A stretch of DNA of 63,553 bases, counting the filler, from Perkinsus olseni (lineage: Eukaryota), in NCBI GenBank assembly GCA_013115125.1. It is 29 parts of 29 records of this genome, joined end to end, with 100 filler letters (N's around TTAATTAATTAA, not from the genome) between each part and the next. Parts side by side here need not be neighbours in the genome. Positions count along the whole stretch, not along the records: positions 37,665 to 39,750 come from JABANN010001653.1; positions 39,851 to 41,935 come from JABANN010001654.1; positions 42,036 to 44,119 come from JABANN010001655.1; positions 44,220 to 46,303 come from JABANN010001656.1; positions 46,404 to 48,482 come from JABANN010001657.1; positions 48,583 to 50,661 come from JABANN010001658.1; 23 more parts are not named here. The stretch is one strand, 5' to 3'. How positions within the stretch are numbered: the first letter of the stretch is position 1; each line of letters begins with the position of its first letter. Shown piece by piece: positions 37,858 to 50,153 of this stretch. The notes beneath the pieces were generated by a model. It did no database searches. It was not told where the DNA came from and worked only from the letters and a program-made list of their open reading frames with translations. Position numbers and translations under genes: made by a program.

Positions 37858-38614
37858 CGTTGATCAAAAGCTGGAAAGGCCCAATTGCTCTGCATTTGAT
37901 TTCATTACAGCCTGAATATTTGAGGCTTGGTTCAGAGAGTGTCCTAACCTGACTCGAGGGGTGCTGGGGCGAAAAGAAGATTCATAGCGTTTTCTTACAG
38001 CTTAAATCCACTAGCCATACCAATGCACGCGAGTGCAAAGCGCAGTATAAAATCAGATTGAAGTGTTGAAATTGAAGGTTGGAATTACCAATCCTTCCCT
38101 CGCGTTGCTATTTGGATCGTGTGGAGTTGCTACCTCTCCTATTAGCAGTTATCACCGGACTATTCCGGTGGGTTTATTTTCCCTCCTAGGGTACTATTCC
38201 ACCGTCATCGCGTTTCTGTTGATGGATAGGTAAGAACTTCCGATGGCGGCGTGACGTCGTCGAGAGGATTCCCCTGTCCCCGTCCTGCCCCACTAGAAAA
38301 ATGAAACATCTCTGATGGATTGAACCCCATAGTTTGTGGGTAGCAAACATGGAACAAATGTTTAGCAATTTTATTTGTTCTCGCTGTGCTTAGTGGTTGC
38401 TATGGTGCCCGGATGTCAGTAACATCATGTCACACGCTTCCCGCTGCAGTCCAAACATGTGCGCGATTCGCTATGTATATGCGTGGCTACACCGATTGCA
38501 TAATAACGAAGAATACGCATTATAGTAACAGCTGGCTATCGTGTGGGGATGTTGACCAGCACTGCACTCAGTGCTCCCCTGTTCTACTAGACAGAGATGC
38601 CTCACTCTCAGGGT

Positions 38615-39000
38615 AGGTATCATACACATGTGGCTCAAGCAGAAAGAAGGCACTCGAGGCTGCGGCTGTCAGTAGTGAGTCAGCGGCTAAGTTTGTGGCT
38701 CGCAGAGCGGGTGCTGATGACGAAGACGCTCAACGATTGCGTTGCGTGATTTCCTGAGGTAGTTGAGTCCGCAGCAGCATGAAGTCCAACACGAGATCAT
38801 TCTAAGAACTCGAGGACGTCGGAAACCAGATAGAGTACCGTCGAAAGGTGTGTTAAAGGTCTCAGCACAGAGACAGGAAAAGGCCGGACAGATCGTCCTG
38901 TCTCTTGAGGGCATCACCGAGACCGTCAGACTGCAGTGGGTACCGGGGCAATGTGGTGCTGCGGCCAACGAGAGGGCCGACCAGGTAGAATCGTGAGAAA
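38615..39000 (+). pseudogene. Degenerate non-LTR RNase H relic
   Basis: SYTCGS (cf. YTDGS) and VRLQWVPGQCGAAANERAD (cf. WVPGH.G..GNE.AD), with stops and frameshifts between them. Confidence 0.6.
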
Positions 39001-39850
39001 CTCTATGATGGCCTTCACCGGAGCATGGAATCACTGCTCCGCTGGAGGGCATCAAAGAGTTTCTGGATGCTCGTCCTGGGCGCCAGATTAACCAGTTTGA
39101 CTCTCTTCGTCACAAGGTCAGAAGCTGCATTGACGGAGCCGGAGAGCGACAGCACAAGGCTGTAGACACCAGTGCTCATTGGTGTCCGACTATGGGGCTC
39201 GGCGCCCTTTGATCTGAAAGACGTACGGCACGCACTGCTCTACTTATGTATGGACGAGCATTCAATTCGACGGGGGGATCTGAGTTCTCGACAGCACCCT
39301 GTCACGGCATAGTTGCGAACTCAAGATATTCCGTAGCCAAACGAGCACGACTAAATTGTGCTTACGAAGAGTCAAAAGCTATAACACAGAAACGAGTGAA
39401 AAGAGGGAGGAACGGCTCATTAAGATTCAGCTGAGGATAATACACAAGAGCCTAAGACAGGATCTCAATCCTTTCCGAAGATGAAGTCGATAACATCCTG
39501 TACTGATTGCATGACAGCTGAGGGGAAGTCCAATTTGGGGTCTTCTTCTCCATCATCATCACCAACAGCAACCAACTTCCCATCCGAGTAGTTCTCGATG
39601 GGTGCGGCGCATCCGAGGAGTTGGAATAGTTGGGCGTTCTGGCCCCTCTCCGCTAGGAATAGACGGTTGTCTACAGGATTGTAGGTGAACTTGAGGGTCT
39701 CAAGACCGAACCAGTTAATTCTGCGGAGTATAGTGTATAAGTCAGAGTTGNNNNNNNNNNNNNNNNNNNNNNNNNNNNNNNNNNNNNNNNNNNNTTAATT
39801 AATTAANNNNNNNNNNNNNNNNNNNNNNNNNNNNNNNNNNNNNNNNNNNN

Positions 39851-40662
39851 GCACCCAGAACGTCCCGCAGCTTCTTGTTGAACTTCGTCAAAGTGTACGG
39901 GAACCATCTCCCGAAACTCTGCCTCAGCCGTCCCCCATCCGCCTCAGACAGGAGTCTCCTCAGGAATATCAATCTGTGATACGCGCAGATAGTGGGGTCC
40001 GATGCGCATACGCACGGCCTCTCTATCGTGACGGGGGCGCGGATGTTCTTCCGATACGGGAGGTGGATCGAGAAGGTTCTGGCCTCCGTGTCGAATGAGA
40101 TTTGCTCCTCATAGAGAGTGAGGAGCTCCGACCCCACTCGTAGTGCGCAGGTGTAGGCCACAAGGCCCGCGATGGCGAACCTTCCCTCCTCTATGACGGC
40201 CTTGATCTCATACTTCGATCCCGCTCTTGCTACGCTCCATAATTTGTCGACTCGCCTCTGGATCATGGCAACCACCGAGAGGCGTATCCCGAGTTTCTTC
40301 TCCGGGGGCGGAGTCACCAGCTTGAGCACATGCAGCGAGTCCTGGATGGCATCGGTCTTGAGTACGCTGGCCGTAGAGTGGCTAGGCTGCAGAACCTTCG
40401 TGAAGAACCTAAGTCCCGTGAGGTAGTTCTTTGCCGTGGTAGCCCTCCGAAAGGTGATCAGCCAGATGCTAACGACTTCGGACGCGGGAGGGAAGGGAGC
40501 TCGGCCAATTGCGTGGCAGAACTTTGCATAGTTACGAGCGCCGCACAAATAGGTCTTCAGAGTGCTACTGCTTATGCTGGCCAGCTTCCTTCCCGCTGCA
40601 TATTCTTGCAGGAGGTCCTCCAGTAGTTTGGTGCTTGTACCTGAGCCCGCGATCACCAACAC
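39851..40662 (-). CDS. Tyrosine recombinase of a YR retrotransposon, 3'-truncated
   Basis: SAM-like N-terminus (SSSTLKTYLCGARNYAKFC...TAKNYLTGLRFF), first catalytic Arg (ALRVGSELL), Lys (PYRKN) and ICAYHRL. The HxxR and Tyr motifs are off-contig. Confidence 0.82.
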
Positions 40663-41151
40663 AAGACGTTCGGATTTTCTTAGGGCGTTTCTCCTGGGAG
40701 GCCGTCATAGGGCGCCTAGTATCACCCGCGAGAGGCACATTTGGGAGGTTCCACTACCCCCTTGCCTTTCTGGACCTCCCATGCCTACCGCGCTCGCTGC
40801 CCTGCTCGGGCCGTCCGTGGCCAATGGTCCAAGCGGATTCCCGCTCCGTCGCTCCTGCGAGTAGTGCCTAGCACGCTCCTTGCCTGAAGTAATAGCGGTA
40901 TCCCGCATCCGTTTCGACCCGATGGGTCACCCGCGCTCCCGCAGCGTCCGTGGTATTCCCACGCCTTGCTCCATCTATCCCTTGCATCTTGCAAGACGCA
41001 TGCCGGGCTTTTTGCCCGGGATGCTTGCCTCGAGAGCTTCTATGTATCTACGGGTCTGTGTTGGTCAACCTTTGTGCACGGTTTACTGCTACCTGGGTGT
41101 CTGGCTGATTCTCTACCTAGTAATATTACAGGTTGGTGTAGGGCCCTCCGC

Positions 41152-41934
41152 CTAGTGGCCCTCTTGTAATCCCTCGATTGGTGCTTCCACTGCCGCAAGC
41201 CATTTGCGCCAGGGAACATCATATTGCACCGGGGACGCCTGCCATCCCATCGCCTCGCATGCTGTTATCATGTTGCGGCTAGGGAGGTCGGCCCCGTTCT
41301 CTTCTGACGAGACGTGCTCCGTCCAGAGTGTTATGTTGTTGGCCGCTGACATCTTCCATGTCTCTGCCGCAAGGGCATTCATGTCATCTTGTCGGCTGGA
41401 TCCCTTCCTGATGCAGAATTGTGCCGCTGTTGAGTCAATGTAGACTGTGACGATGATGCCCTCCGGGTTCTTGTGCGCCTCTCCGAGCGCCTTCTTGTCC
41501 GCGAGCCAGTGATGAAGGCTGAACGGCACCGCCAGTACTTCCAGTGGCGTGATCTGCGTTTCACGGGGTTCGAGCTTCGTGAACAGCTCGCTAGGCACTT
41601 GCCAGCTCACAAATCTGGTGGCGTTATTAGGTAGTAGTATGACGCTGCCGATGCGGCCTGTCATCGCACCCTGCTGGTTGACGCTGAACTCGGCGTCGGT
41701 GTAAATAGTGGAGGCTTGCTGCTGTTGTCCCAGCGGGATGCACCGCCGTGGGCAGTGCACAAGTGCCCACTGGAACCAATCCAGGGCTCGTGCGATTTCG
41801 TGCTTTTCATCGAACTCGCTCTGATATTTTCGTCGTGCCGCACGGTTGTACAGCGCCCGTAGGAAAGCCCGCCCGTTTTTCCCCCAGAAGGCGGTCCCGG
41901 CGAAACCGAGTTTGCCAGCCAGCTTGCCCGCAAG
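41152..41934 (-). mobile_element. RT connection plus RNase H of a DIRS/Ngaro-type retrotransposon
   Basis: Frame open from the contig edge: LAGKLGFA...GRAFLRALY, IYTDAE, ITPLEVLAV, VYIDSTAA...KGSS, HVSSEENGADLPSR. It lies upstream of the YR ORF on the same strand. Confidence 0.88.
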
Positions 41935-44047
41935 TNNNNNNNNNNNNNNNNNNNNNNNNNNNNNNNNNNNNNNNNNNNNTTAATTAATTAANNNNNNNNN
42001 NNNNNNNNNNNNNNNNNNNNNNNNNNNNNNNNNNNGGTGCTCATCATATCATCTCCTCGCATCGCCAATCGTCGTCTTGTAGTTCCAATATCACCACTTT
42101 GTGATAGGAAGAAAGTCAATCTACCTCAGTCACAATTGGGCTTCATCGACTATCTAGTTAGGGTAGTAGGAGGATAAGCTGTATGACTCTTGTATCAGCA
42201 CATTGTTGACCGTGTCAGCCCTTCATTGATATTCTAACAAGGATAGACGCCTGTCATCTAACCGATATAATAAAAGAGCAGCTTGAGAACAATGCACGTG
42301 TAGGTGACGGTTTTTCGTTGCTCGCATGGTGATGCCTCATGTCTACCAGGGCTGGAAGGCTGAAGAAGACTTGGGTAAAATAGGATTACCACCAGGATGG
42401 AGTTATCGGTCCCCCAGGCCAAGGCTTGCCACTGAGAGTGCGTCAAAAGTGATGGACACTCCAGGGCAAGGCGACGGTCGAGAGGTAGTTGGATATTACT
42501 CTAACCGTCGGGTATTTATCGTCCAACGTGGCGTGTTTAGGAGTCGCTGGGAATTGATGCAGATTAGAGTACCGTAATACTGGTATTCTGTCATCTTTCA
42601 TCTTTCATCACTGCTCATGTTGCTAATAAGTCGTTGCACTACTTTTTCCACTACTGCAGGGCTCGTAAGTCCCACAAAGCCATTTGTTGTTCTTCTGTTG
42701 TATCCTATTTTTCACTTTAGTAATACATTCTTAATAACCTCCAACCACGTCATGTTCATCTACCCCGGTGATTCTGATGGTGTGCATCTACTATGGTCCT
42801 TGTGTTGTCGTATCAGTAAGGGGGTTATCATGAGATAATAATGAGGATGTTGTTGATGCAGTAGCATTACTATGATAGACCTTGATCGTATAACATGGTT
42901 CCAACAGTGGGAGTTCTGGCTTTACTACAGGCTCTTGAGGTACTACATCGACATTGTCGTAATTGCCAGTGTGATATCTGCTTCCCCAGGCCAACAGAGT
43001 TTTTTCGATCTTGGCGTTGGTATCATCTTTTCGTCCCCGACCAGTTATGGCTTGTGATCGGTCTATATAGACTTCTTAAAGGTAGACTACAGTCCATAGG
43101 TAATGTACCATCGCTTGATGATCAGGATTCGTCCATCCTTCAACTGCTGCTGCTTGTAGTGGTGGCCCATTGGATGCTTCCTCGCCTCCCCTCACCAGAA
43201 TGCAGTGGGTATGGGAACTCTGCCGGTAATATATTCCCACTTGGCTATGAAAAGGTCAACAGTGTTATTCGTGGTTTTCGCGGTTTCAGAATAGACCCGA
43301 TAGTGTTCGTAGCGTGGGGACTGACGTTCATCGCCGAGCCTACTAACACGGCTATGCTGTTCCAGAGTGATGATAATGTGGATGACCAGGGTATGAATAG
43401 TAGTACTAGTTTGAGTATTCTCACTCATCACTCTTCAGACGACCTGCATTATAGACATGATGGTGATGATGTGGATATGCATATCGATGTGTCGGCCGGT
43501 GATGCTAGAATAGCCTCGCAGGTGGTGGTCATACTGCTGCTGCTGCTGCTTCCCAATACGTGCGTACTGCTCACTATCTGTTCCAGGAGGAAGCTGAAGA
43601 CGATAATTTTCGAGCTGCTGCTGCTACTACTACTGGTGATGATGATGGTAACGGTTCATCAATTGTATCATTGCCACGGAGTACCATCGCACCATGCAGG
43701 AGGTGTCGACGGAAAGGAGAGTAGTCGCCTACTGCTGCTGCTGCTGCTGCTGACATTTAACGATTCCAGATGATACAGTTGTCACGATACCCTGTCCCTC
43801 TCCTTTTCTTTAGAGACCCAGGATATGTTCTTCTAGCGTGCGGTCACTTCCCCTATTGTCATTCATGCATATCATCGTCAATACACCGTACCGGTGGTTT
43901 CGTATGTACACAATGCCAGCAGTACTGCCTGGGTCATACCACCTCAACTCTCTTCAAGTGGTTGCCTTGGCTATCGTCATTTTCGAACAGCAAACGTGTA
44001 AAGGCTACAGTACCAGTCACACCAGCAAAGGATATTATAAGATTAGC

Positions 44048-44048
<1 letters not shown>

Positions 44049-44119
<71 letters not shown>
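44049..44119. repeat. (AGT)n microsatellite at contig edge
   Basis: Pure trinucleotide run. Confidence 0.95.
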
Positions 44120-44219
44120 NNNNNNNNNNNNNNNNNNNNNNNNNNNNNNNNNNNNNNNNNNNNTTAATTAATTAANNNNNNNNNNNNNNNNNNNNNNNNN
44201 NNNNNNNNNNNNNNNNNNN

Positions 44220-46303
44220 AAAGGCGTAGTGGGAGAGGATGATGCCCGACAGCAGTGAGCTGAGATGATGGCCGATGACGATGGGGATGACACTTCTGCG
44301 GAGGTGACCGGGACGTCGTTAGAGGTCTGAGTCGCAGCACTCTGCAGTGGAGGATATGGAGGAAGGGGAACTTTGTCGGACTTGAGCCGTATACCCAACC
44401 TGCCGAACATGTTGCGGCCGATGATGACCCTCGGGTTGCATAGTGGAACCAACAGGAACACCAGAGTGGCCGTGTTGGCATTATCCTGACACTGATGATC
44501 AGCGAGACGGCAGTTGATGCGCAGAACCGTCTTGGTTTGGACCACAGTGTGGTTGCCGAAAGTGACCTGAGCTGGGCTCACCAATCCGCTGAAGCTGTTG
44601 CCGTCCACGAGACCATTCCGGTGTAGGAAGTCACAGACGCTCTGGTCCATGAGAGATAGATTAGCACCAGTGTCGACGAGAGCAGGGGTCTCGCAGTACT
44701 CAGCATCAGGGTCCTTGCCAATCCGCAAGGTGATAGTAGGATCCTCCGAGACGCCATCCAATAGCGAGGCAACAGTGCTCGAGTTGGCTGCCCTGACATT
44801 AACAGCTGCTGTCCGCACAACCTTGAGGTCCGACTCGTCGGCAGGAGCGGCTGTTGCTGTCGATGTCGGTGTGATGGTCTTCAGACAGATGCCAGCCAGG
44901 TGGTGCCGCCTCTTGCATCGAGCACACACAAAGGCCTTGGAGTTGCACTTGTGGTCAGGCTTCTTGATGCAGCCGCATCGGCGACAGCGCTCGTCCACGC
45001 GGATGATGGAAGAGGAATCAGCTCTGCAGTTGGCCGCGAAATGACCGCTTTGCCCACACCTGAGGCAGGCGTCTTTGCTGAGGCCAAGGTCAGTGGCAGC
45101 AGAGACACAGATGGCGACCACGTCGGCATCAGACAACTGCTTTGGGGATTTCCCAGACTGCTGGGACCTTTGACGACCAGAGTTGCCAGACAGGGTGTTG
45201 TTGACATCCGAGGCGATAGTCTGGGGAATATCATCGCATATGGAGACCAGTGAGTCCTTGTATGTGATGAAGTCCATCGTCTTCAGTGGGTCAACAAGAG
45301 CAGACATGAGGATAGCCCTAGAGTCACGGAGGCCACGATTGAAGCACCGTATGATAGTGGAGTCCTTGAGCACCTCGTCAGGAGATGTGGACTGCTTGAT
45401 GTGCAGAATTTCCTCAAACTTGATGGAGTACTGGAGGACAGACTCTCCCTGACCTTGATGTAGGCCATCGAACTTAGCGTCCAGGGCTTTGAGCGCAAGG
45501 CTGGTTCTAAAGCGCTTGTCCAGGACAGATATGACGGCCATTGCACCCTCGTCGACCATGCTTTGACGGCTGACTTGGCGCTTGATGAATGCTTTGATGG
45601 AACCCTTCAAGCATGAGATGACGGCCTCGGCCAGAACTTTGTTAGGGGCCTCGTCGGCATCGGCAAGTGTCTCGAGAATAGTCACCCGCCATTGCAGATA
45701 GTTGTCGGAGGAGGCGCCCGTGAAGATATGGTCGGCCGAAGGAGGGTCTCCAACAATGCACTTGATCTTCTTCTTCAGCTCATCATATGGGATGGCTGAT
45801 CCCAATGAAGATGTCCCCGACTGTGAAGCCTTTGGACCGTGGCTCGAGGGCAGAGAGCTGTAGGCGGAGAGAGTAGGAGACTCGATGTCGTCGGCGCTAG
45901 GTGTAGAGGAGTGCCGTGATGCAGCCCTCGACGCGCTGACGCTGATAGCGAGTTGTTCTTTAAACTCTTTCCTCCCCACTAACACCCGACCATGGTCCAT
46001 GTTGGCTGCCACATTGGTGATCGTCCAGTCGATGAGTGGGTCGAACCATGATGTGGTAATCTCGTCACCGATGGGGTAAGTGTAGATCATCTCGTCAGTG
46101 AGCCAATCGAATGATGGCCTCCACAGTTCACATAGAGCTGGGGCATCTTCAGCAGCAGTGACGTCGTCACGGAAGACTCCGCTCAGTGAGAGGATGTCTT
46201 GGACGCTGCCACTGAACTCAGATAGAAGTCGGAAGTACGAGGCGCCAGTCTTCTCATAGATGGCGGACTCGATCTCGTGTAGTTGCTTCAACAGGGAGGT
46301 TCT
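44220..46303 (-). mobile_element. LTR retrotransposon gag-protease, BEL/Pao-like
   Basis: Contig-spanning ORF with a capsid-like QGQGESVLQY motif and three zinc knuckles (CLRCGQSGHFAANC, CRRCGCIKKPDHKC, CARCKRRHHLAGIC). Aspartic protease ALVDTGAN...IIGRN is in the same frame. Confidence 0.9.
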
Positions 46304-46403
46304 NNNNNNNNNNNNNNNNNNNNNNNNNNNNNNNNNNNNNNNNNNNNTTAATTAATTAANNNNNNNNNNNNNNNNNNNNNNNNNNNNNNNNNNNNNNNNN
46401 NNN

Positions 46404-47618
46404 TGATGACTCCGTTTTGCTACCCTTGCTCGATCTTATATGTGCATCGAGCTCAGACATAAGGTGCCCCATAGAAAGCTCCAAGCTTTGAGGAGCTTGA
46501 GACGGGCCAAACGACACAGCCGTAAAAAATGCAATGAAATCCTGGATCCTCACTACATTGAGTGCGTAGTTCGATGGGAAGAGAGCAAGGCTAAAATAGG
46601 CATCATGAAGGTCACAGAACAGCACTCTGCGGAAGAGCCGCGTCCTTATCATGATATCTCTGAGTTTACGTTGCTCAAAGTCTTGAAGAACCTTACTACG
46701 GCGTATAGCACGGTTAAGCAAGGAGTAGGTGAAGACTGGACGAGCCTTTTTACCAAAGACAACATACCACTGCGTAATAAGAGGATGCAAGTCAACCACA
46801 TCTAGCAAATTCTCCTTGCAGATACCATTCACTCGGATGAGCTTCTTAGATGAAGACCATCTCTCGAAGTAGGGTAGTGCTTCGGCAGGGAGAGGGTCAT
46901 CCTTGAGCTTACGATGATGATGTAGTTGCCCTTTGATCTCTGCAGTGCTGAAATCTCTAGCACACTGGGGATCGATACCGGTAAAGAACTTCTGCTGACC
47001 GTTCTCGTCAACCCCAATAGTAACAGCGAACTTCTGACCGCGGAAGACATCACAACAATGCTTCCAGCCTTCAGGATAACAGATCCACTCATCACCAGTA
47101 TAAGTAATACTGCAGAGCTTCTGAAAGTCAGCGTAAGAAATAGTACTACTCAAAATATTAGTAAGATCAGATAAAGCGACATCTAAAGCGACATTTGAAG
47201 TGTGATTTATAACAAGCTTACAAGGTTTACTGCTATAGTCAAGTAGTACGTTGTATTTAGAAAGGAAGTCGACTCCCAACAGGGGGTATCGCAACGACAT
47301 ACTGTCAAGAACATAAAAGTTATGCACAAATGTATGGGTTCCATCTGGCACTGAAAACGAAAGTTCTGCAACACAGTCCAAACTCTCAGTACTGGTAACA
47401 GTATTGACAGTACGAGACTGCGTTGCATAACGAAGATTAGGAACCGGAGAGACTAGGCGTAAAAGATGGCTAGGAAAAATAGACAACGATGAACCGGTAT
47501 CGAGTATAGCATCCAATACCAAGGAACCAATCTGGATAGCGATCTTACTACAAGGACCCATTGATAGCTGGAGCATGTCGGGTCTCACATTAAACGCATG
47601 CTCCTGACTTAGTTTCCC
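46404..47618 (-). CDS. LTR retrotransposon pol (protease plus start of RT), in the -1 frame relative to gag
   Basis: AILDTGSSLS...LLGVDFL; KARPVFTYSLLN; FCDLHDAYFSL; SFGPSQAP. Confidence 0.88.
47555..47618 (-). promoter_or_regulatory. Programmed -1 ribosomal frameshift signal (slippery heptamer plus pseudoknot)
   Basis: G GGA AAC (47618-47612) directly before the gag TAA, a 7-nt spacer, stem 1 GGAGCAUG/CAUGCUCC and stem 2 GACCC/GGGUC. Confidence 0.85.
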
Positions 47619-48451
47619 AAGTCCTGATCTTCAAAGTTAACGTCGCCGGCTCCTTCATCAATAGCCAGCATACCATTGGCATCACCAGATCCTATATTCT
47701 GTGGGCAATCCCGAGCAAGATGGCCCGTTTTACCACACGAATAGCATCTATTAAACCAAAAGGGGTCTTTCTGTGGGTATCGTCGACCCTTTCCTTTAGC
47801 TCCATCACCAAAGCCCTTACCACCTTTGCCGTTATAGTTGCCTTTGCCCTTACCCTTTCCACCAAAGTTAGACGGGTAATAACCAGCATAGAAACTCAGC
47901 TCTTGCTTCTGTTGATTGGCGGCTTCTTTACCACGAGTGATAATCTCAGCTCTCTCAACCATTTCATCGAGAGTCTGTAGCTTAAGTACCCTCAGCTTCT
48001 CGGCTACGTCAATATCGATACCACGAAGAAATTGGTTGCGGGCAAGGGCATCAGCAACTTGTGGTACCACAGTACTCCCACCAGTCATCAGCATCCGCTG
48101 AGATAGCTGCTTGAGATCATAGCTGAAATCAAGGAACGACTCATCATCATTCATGACCCTAGAGTTGAAGGCCTCAAAAGGGTCTTGCGTCAAGAGGCTA
48201 TGAATGAGAGAAGCCTTAACCTTATTCAGATCAGTACGATCAGATAACGGAATACGATCATAAGCAACTTGAACCTTGTCCTCAAGAAACAGCGGCACGT
48301 ACTCATAAGCTTTTTCACCCCAATTGTAGAACTTAGCGATCGTCTCAAACTTCTTGAACCAACCTTCCATCTTAGCGATGGTCAGCTTATCACCTGTTAA
48401 CGGGGCGGGTGTGACCTTCAGCTGCATACCAGGGGTAGACTCAGATACCAT
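47609..48451 (-). CDS. LTR retrotransposon gag
   Basis: Complete 280-aa ORF: WFKKFETIAKFYNW, QFLRGI, G/K-rich linker and CCHC knuckle CYSCGKTGHLARDC. Confidence 0.9.
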   Translation of the reverse strand: MVSESTPGMQLKVTPAPLTGDKLTIAKMEGWFKKFETIAKFYNWGEKAYEYVPLFLEDKVQVAYDRIPLSDRTDLNKVKASLIHSLLTQDPFEAFNSRVMNDDESFLDFSYDLKQLSQRMLMTGGSTVVPQVADALARNQFLRGIDIDVAEKLRVLKLQTLDEMVERAEIITRGKEAANQQKQELSFYAGYYPSNFGGKGKGKGNYNGKGGKGFGDGAKGKGRRYPQKDPFWFNRCYSCGKTGHLARDCPQNIGSGDANGMLAIDEGAGDVNFEDQDLGN

Positions 48452-48582
48452 TTTCGTTCAAAGGACTGCTCGAGAATCGGGGNNNNNNNNNNNNNNNNNN
48501 NNNNNNNNNNNNNNNNNNNNNNNNNNTTAATTAATTAANNNNNNNNNNNNNNNNNNNNNNNNNNNNNNNNNNNNNNNNNNNN

Positions 48583-48655
48583 CCAACTGTGCACATCGGC
48601 AAGAGTCTAACTAAGCCGGAACCGGCGTTGGACTATAAACTCACACACACACACA
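48583..48655 (+). repeat. Dispersed repeat copy 2 (stem-loop plus (CA)n end)
   Basis: Near-identical to 36964-37031 and located at the contig start. Confidence 0.85.
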
Positions 48656-49192
48656 TTGCGCGAACCTTTCGATTTCGCGATAGAACTTCGGACGCCGCCC
48701 ACTGGACCTTCGTAGGTTCGTATACTCTCCGGCTTACTAGGCATTGGCCCAGCTAAATAGAGTGCTACCCACACCGTACAGGTCGGTACTGCCCAATCCA
48801 ATGCAAGATTCCGTAGATATATTTCTGCCCAACTCGTAGATATACGCACTAGTGCTTCGTTTTGAATACCCATAGCAACGGCATTCGACCCAATGCGGCG
48901 CATTGGTCCGTGGTTGGCACCCAGAAAGGCAGCCATGCAATGAGACCAAGCTAACGTGTTCAGCACCCTCGCTGGAAGGGGACGGATGTGTTCTAGGTTC
49001 AACGGCGATATCGGCTCTCTCCTAACCTCGCCCGACACAATTGACATGCCACTAGTGGACTCAACAGCGGACATCTGGGACTTTCTTTTTATACAGAGGT
49101 AAAAAGGAAGAATAATTTATACCTAATCAAAATCGATCACTCGGTCGATATCAGGCTAAGGGGACAATAATACACAAGCACATGTTGAAGGC

Positions 49193-49266
49193 AAAATAAC
49201 AGTCGCTCGGATCGAACCCGGGTCGACAGCGGGTTCACCCGACACATCCACCACTGCCCCTAATCA
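49193..49266 (-). ncRNA. tRNA-like / tRNA-derived Pol III unit (pseudo-tRNA or SINE head)
   Basis: A-box-like TAGGGGCAGTGG (49262-49251), central hairpin CGGG-TGAA-CCCG, B box GGTTCGATCC (49218-49209), and TTTT at 49196-49193. No canonical cloverleaf. Confidence 0.5.
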
Positions 49267-49805
49267 GACGATGTGAAATGTGCATGTCCATCAAGCTAAA
49301 GATAACCGGGAGCGCCTGGTATCGTAAAGATGCACCGCAACTTCACAATCGTGTATCACAGCGTCTATCTACAATGATCCTATTTCCTATATCGAAGCAA
49401 TCCGGCTACCGTAGAGGCCTTGCCTACCACGACGAATACAGAACTGTATTTGTGCAGTATGATTTCAGGTTGGGTACGACCTGAGCAGGGGCTGAGAGAA
49501 TGCCGTTAGATGCCATCCTAAAGGTGGAGACAAAAATTCCCGTGAGTGACGGAAGCACCCCCTTACGCCTCCTAGTGTAACGAGTCTCCTGGCCCTTCAT
49601 TTCATTCATGCTTCTCAAACGTAAAGGATGTAAAAACAGGGGGAACTGCACGGTACCGCGCTACCTTTGCTCCTCACGAACCTCGGCGAAAATTGAAAAA
49701 AGCCGGGACTGCCCTGGCAATACATGGTGCACGCGGAATCGCTCATTGCGAAGTGTGCGTGCGTGCAAGATTGCCGCCGCTCGCTTCGTGTTCATTTGCT
49801 ATTGG

Positions 49806-50153
49806 ATGGCTCGCGTCACGAACCTTCTACTGCACCTGTATTGCTTGCTGGTGACTATTGAGTATTGTAACGCCAGTTGCCTGGGGTGGTTCAATACTGA
49901 TGACGATCAGCAGGATGATGAGTCAGAGGAGTATCAGGATATTGTTATTCGAGATCCTGCTGAACCGGGTGATGGCTCATTGAAGGTGGGACCCGGTAGC
50001 CTGATGAATGTACGTCCGGACGAGAAGTACATCTTTGAGTACATGCAGAGTTCTTCGGCTTACGGTGATGACGAGCGAGTGCTCAAACTAAATGTGGCAG
50101 TATCCGAGCTAGATAGGCTCACGTGGCGGAGTAATTTGAGATCACGTCAGTGA
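49806..50153 (+). CDS. Putative secreted hypothetical protein (likely spliced)
   Basis: MARVTNLLLHLYCLLVTIEYCNA signal-like start followed by an acidic tract. Confidence 0.35.
   Translation: MARVTNLLLHLYCLLVTIEYCNASCLGWFNTDDDQQDDESEEYQDIVIRDPAEPGDGSLKVGPGSLMNVRPDEKYIFEYMQSSSAYGDDERVLKLNVAVSELDRLTWRSNLRSRQ

Noticed and set aside
42036-44119. Plus-strand Cys-rich ORFs, or a minus-strand receptor-like gene (ISFAGVTGTVAF)
   Set aside because: The contig is rich in microsatellites. A spliced minus-strand gene is possible, but no exon chain or family could be supported.
39851-48482. Apparent cluster of recombinase, RNase H, gag, protease and RT as one novel system
   Set aside because: The parts lie on separate contigs that are adjacent only because of length sorting.
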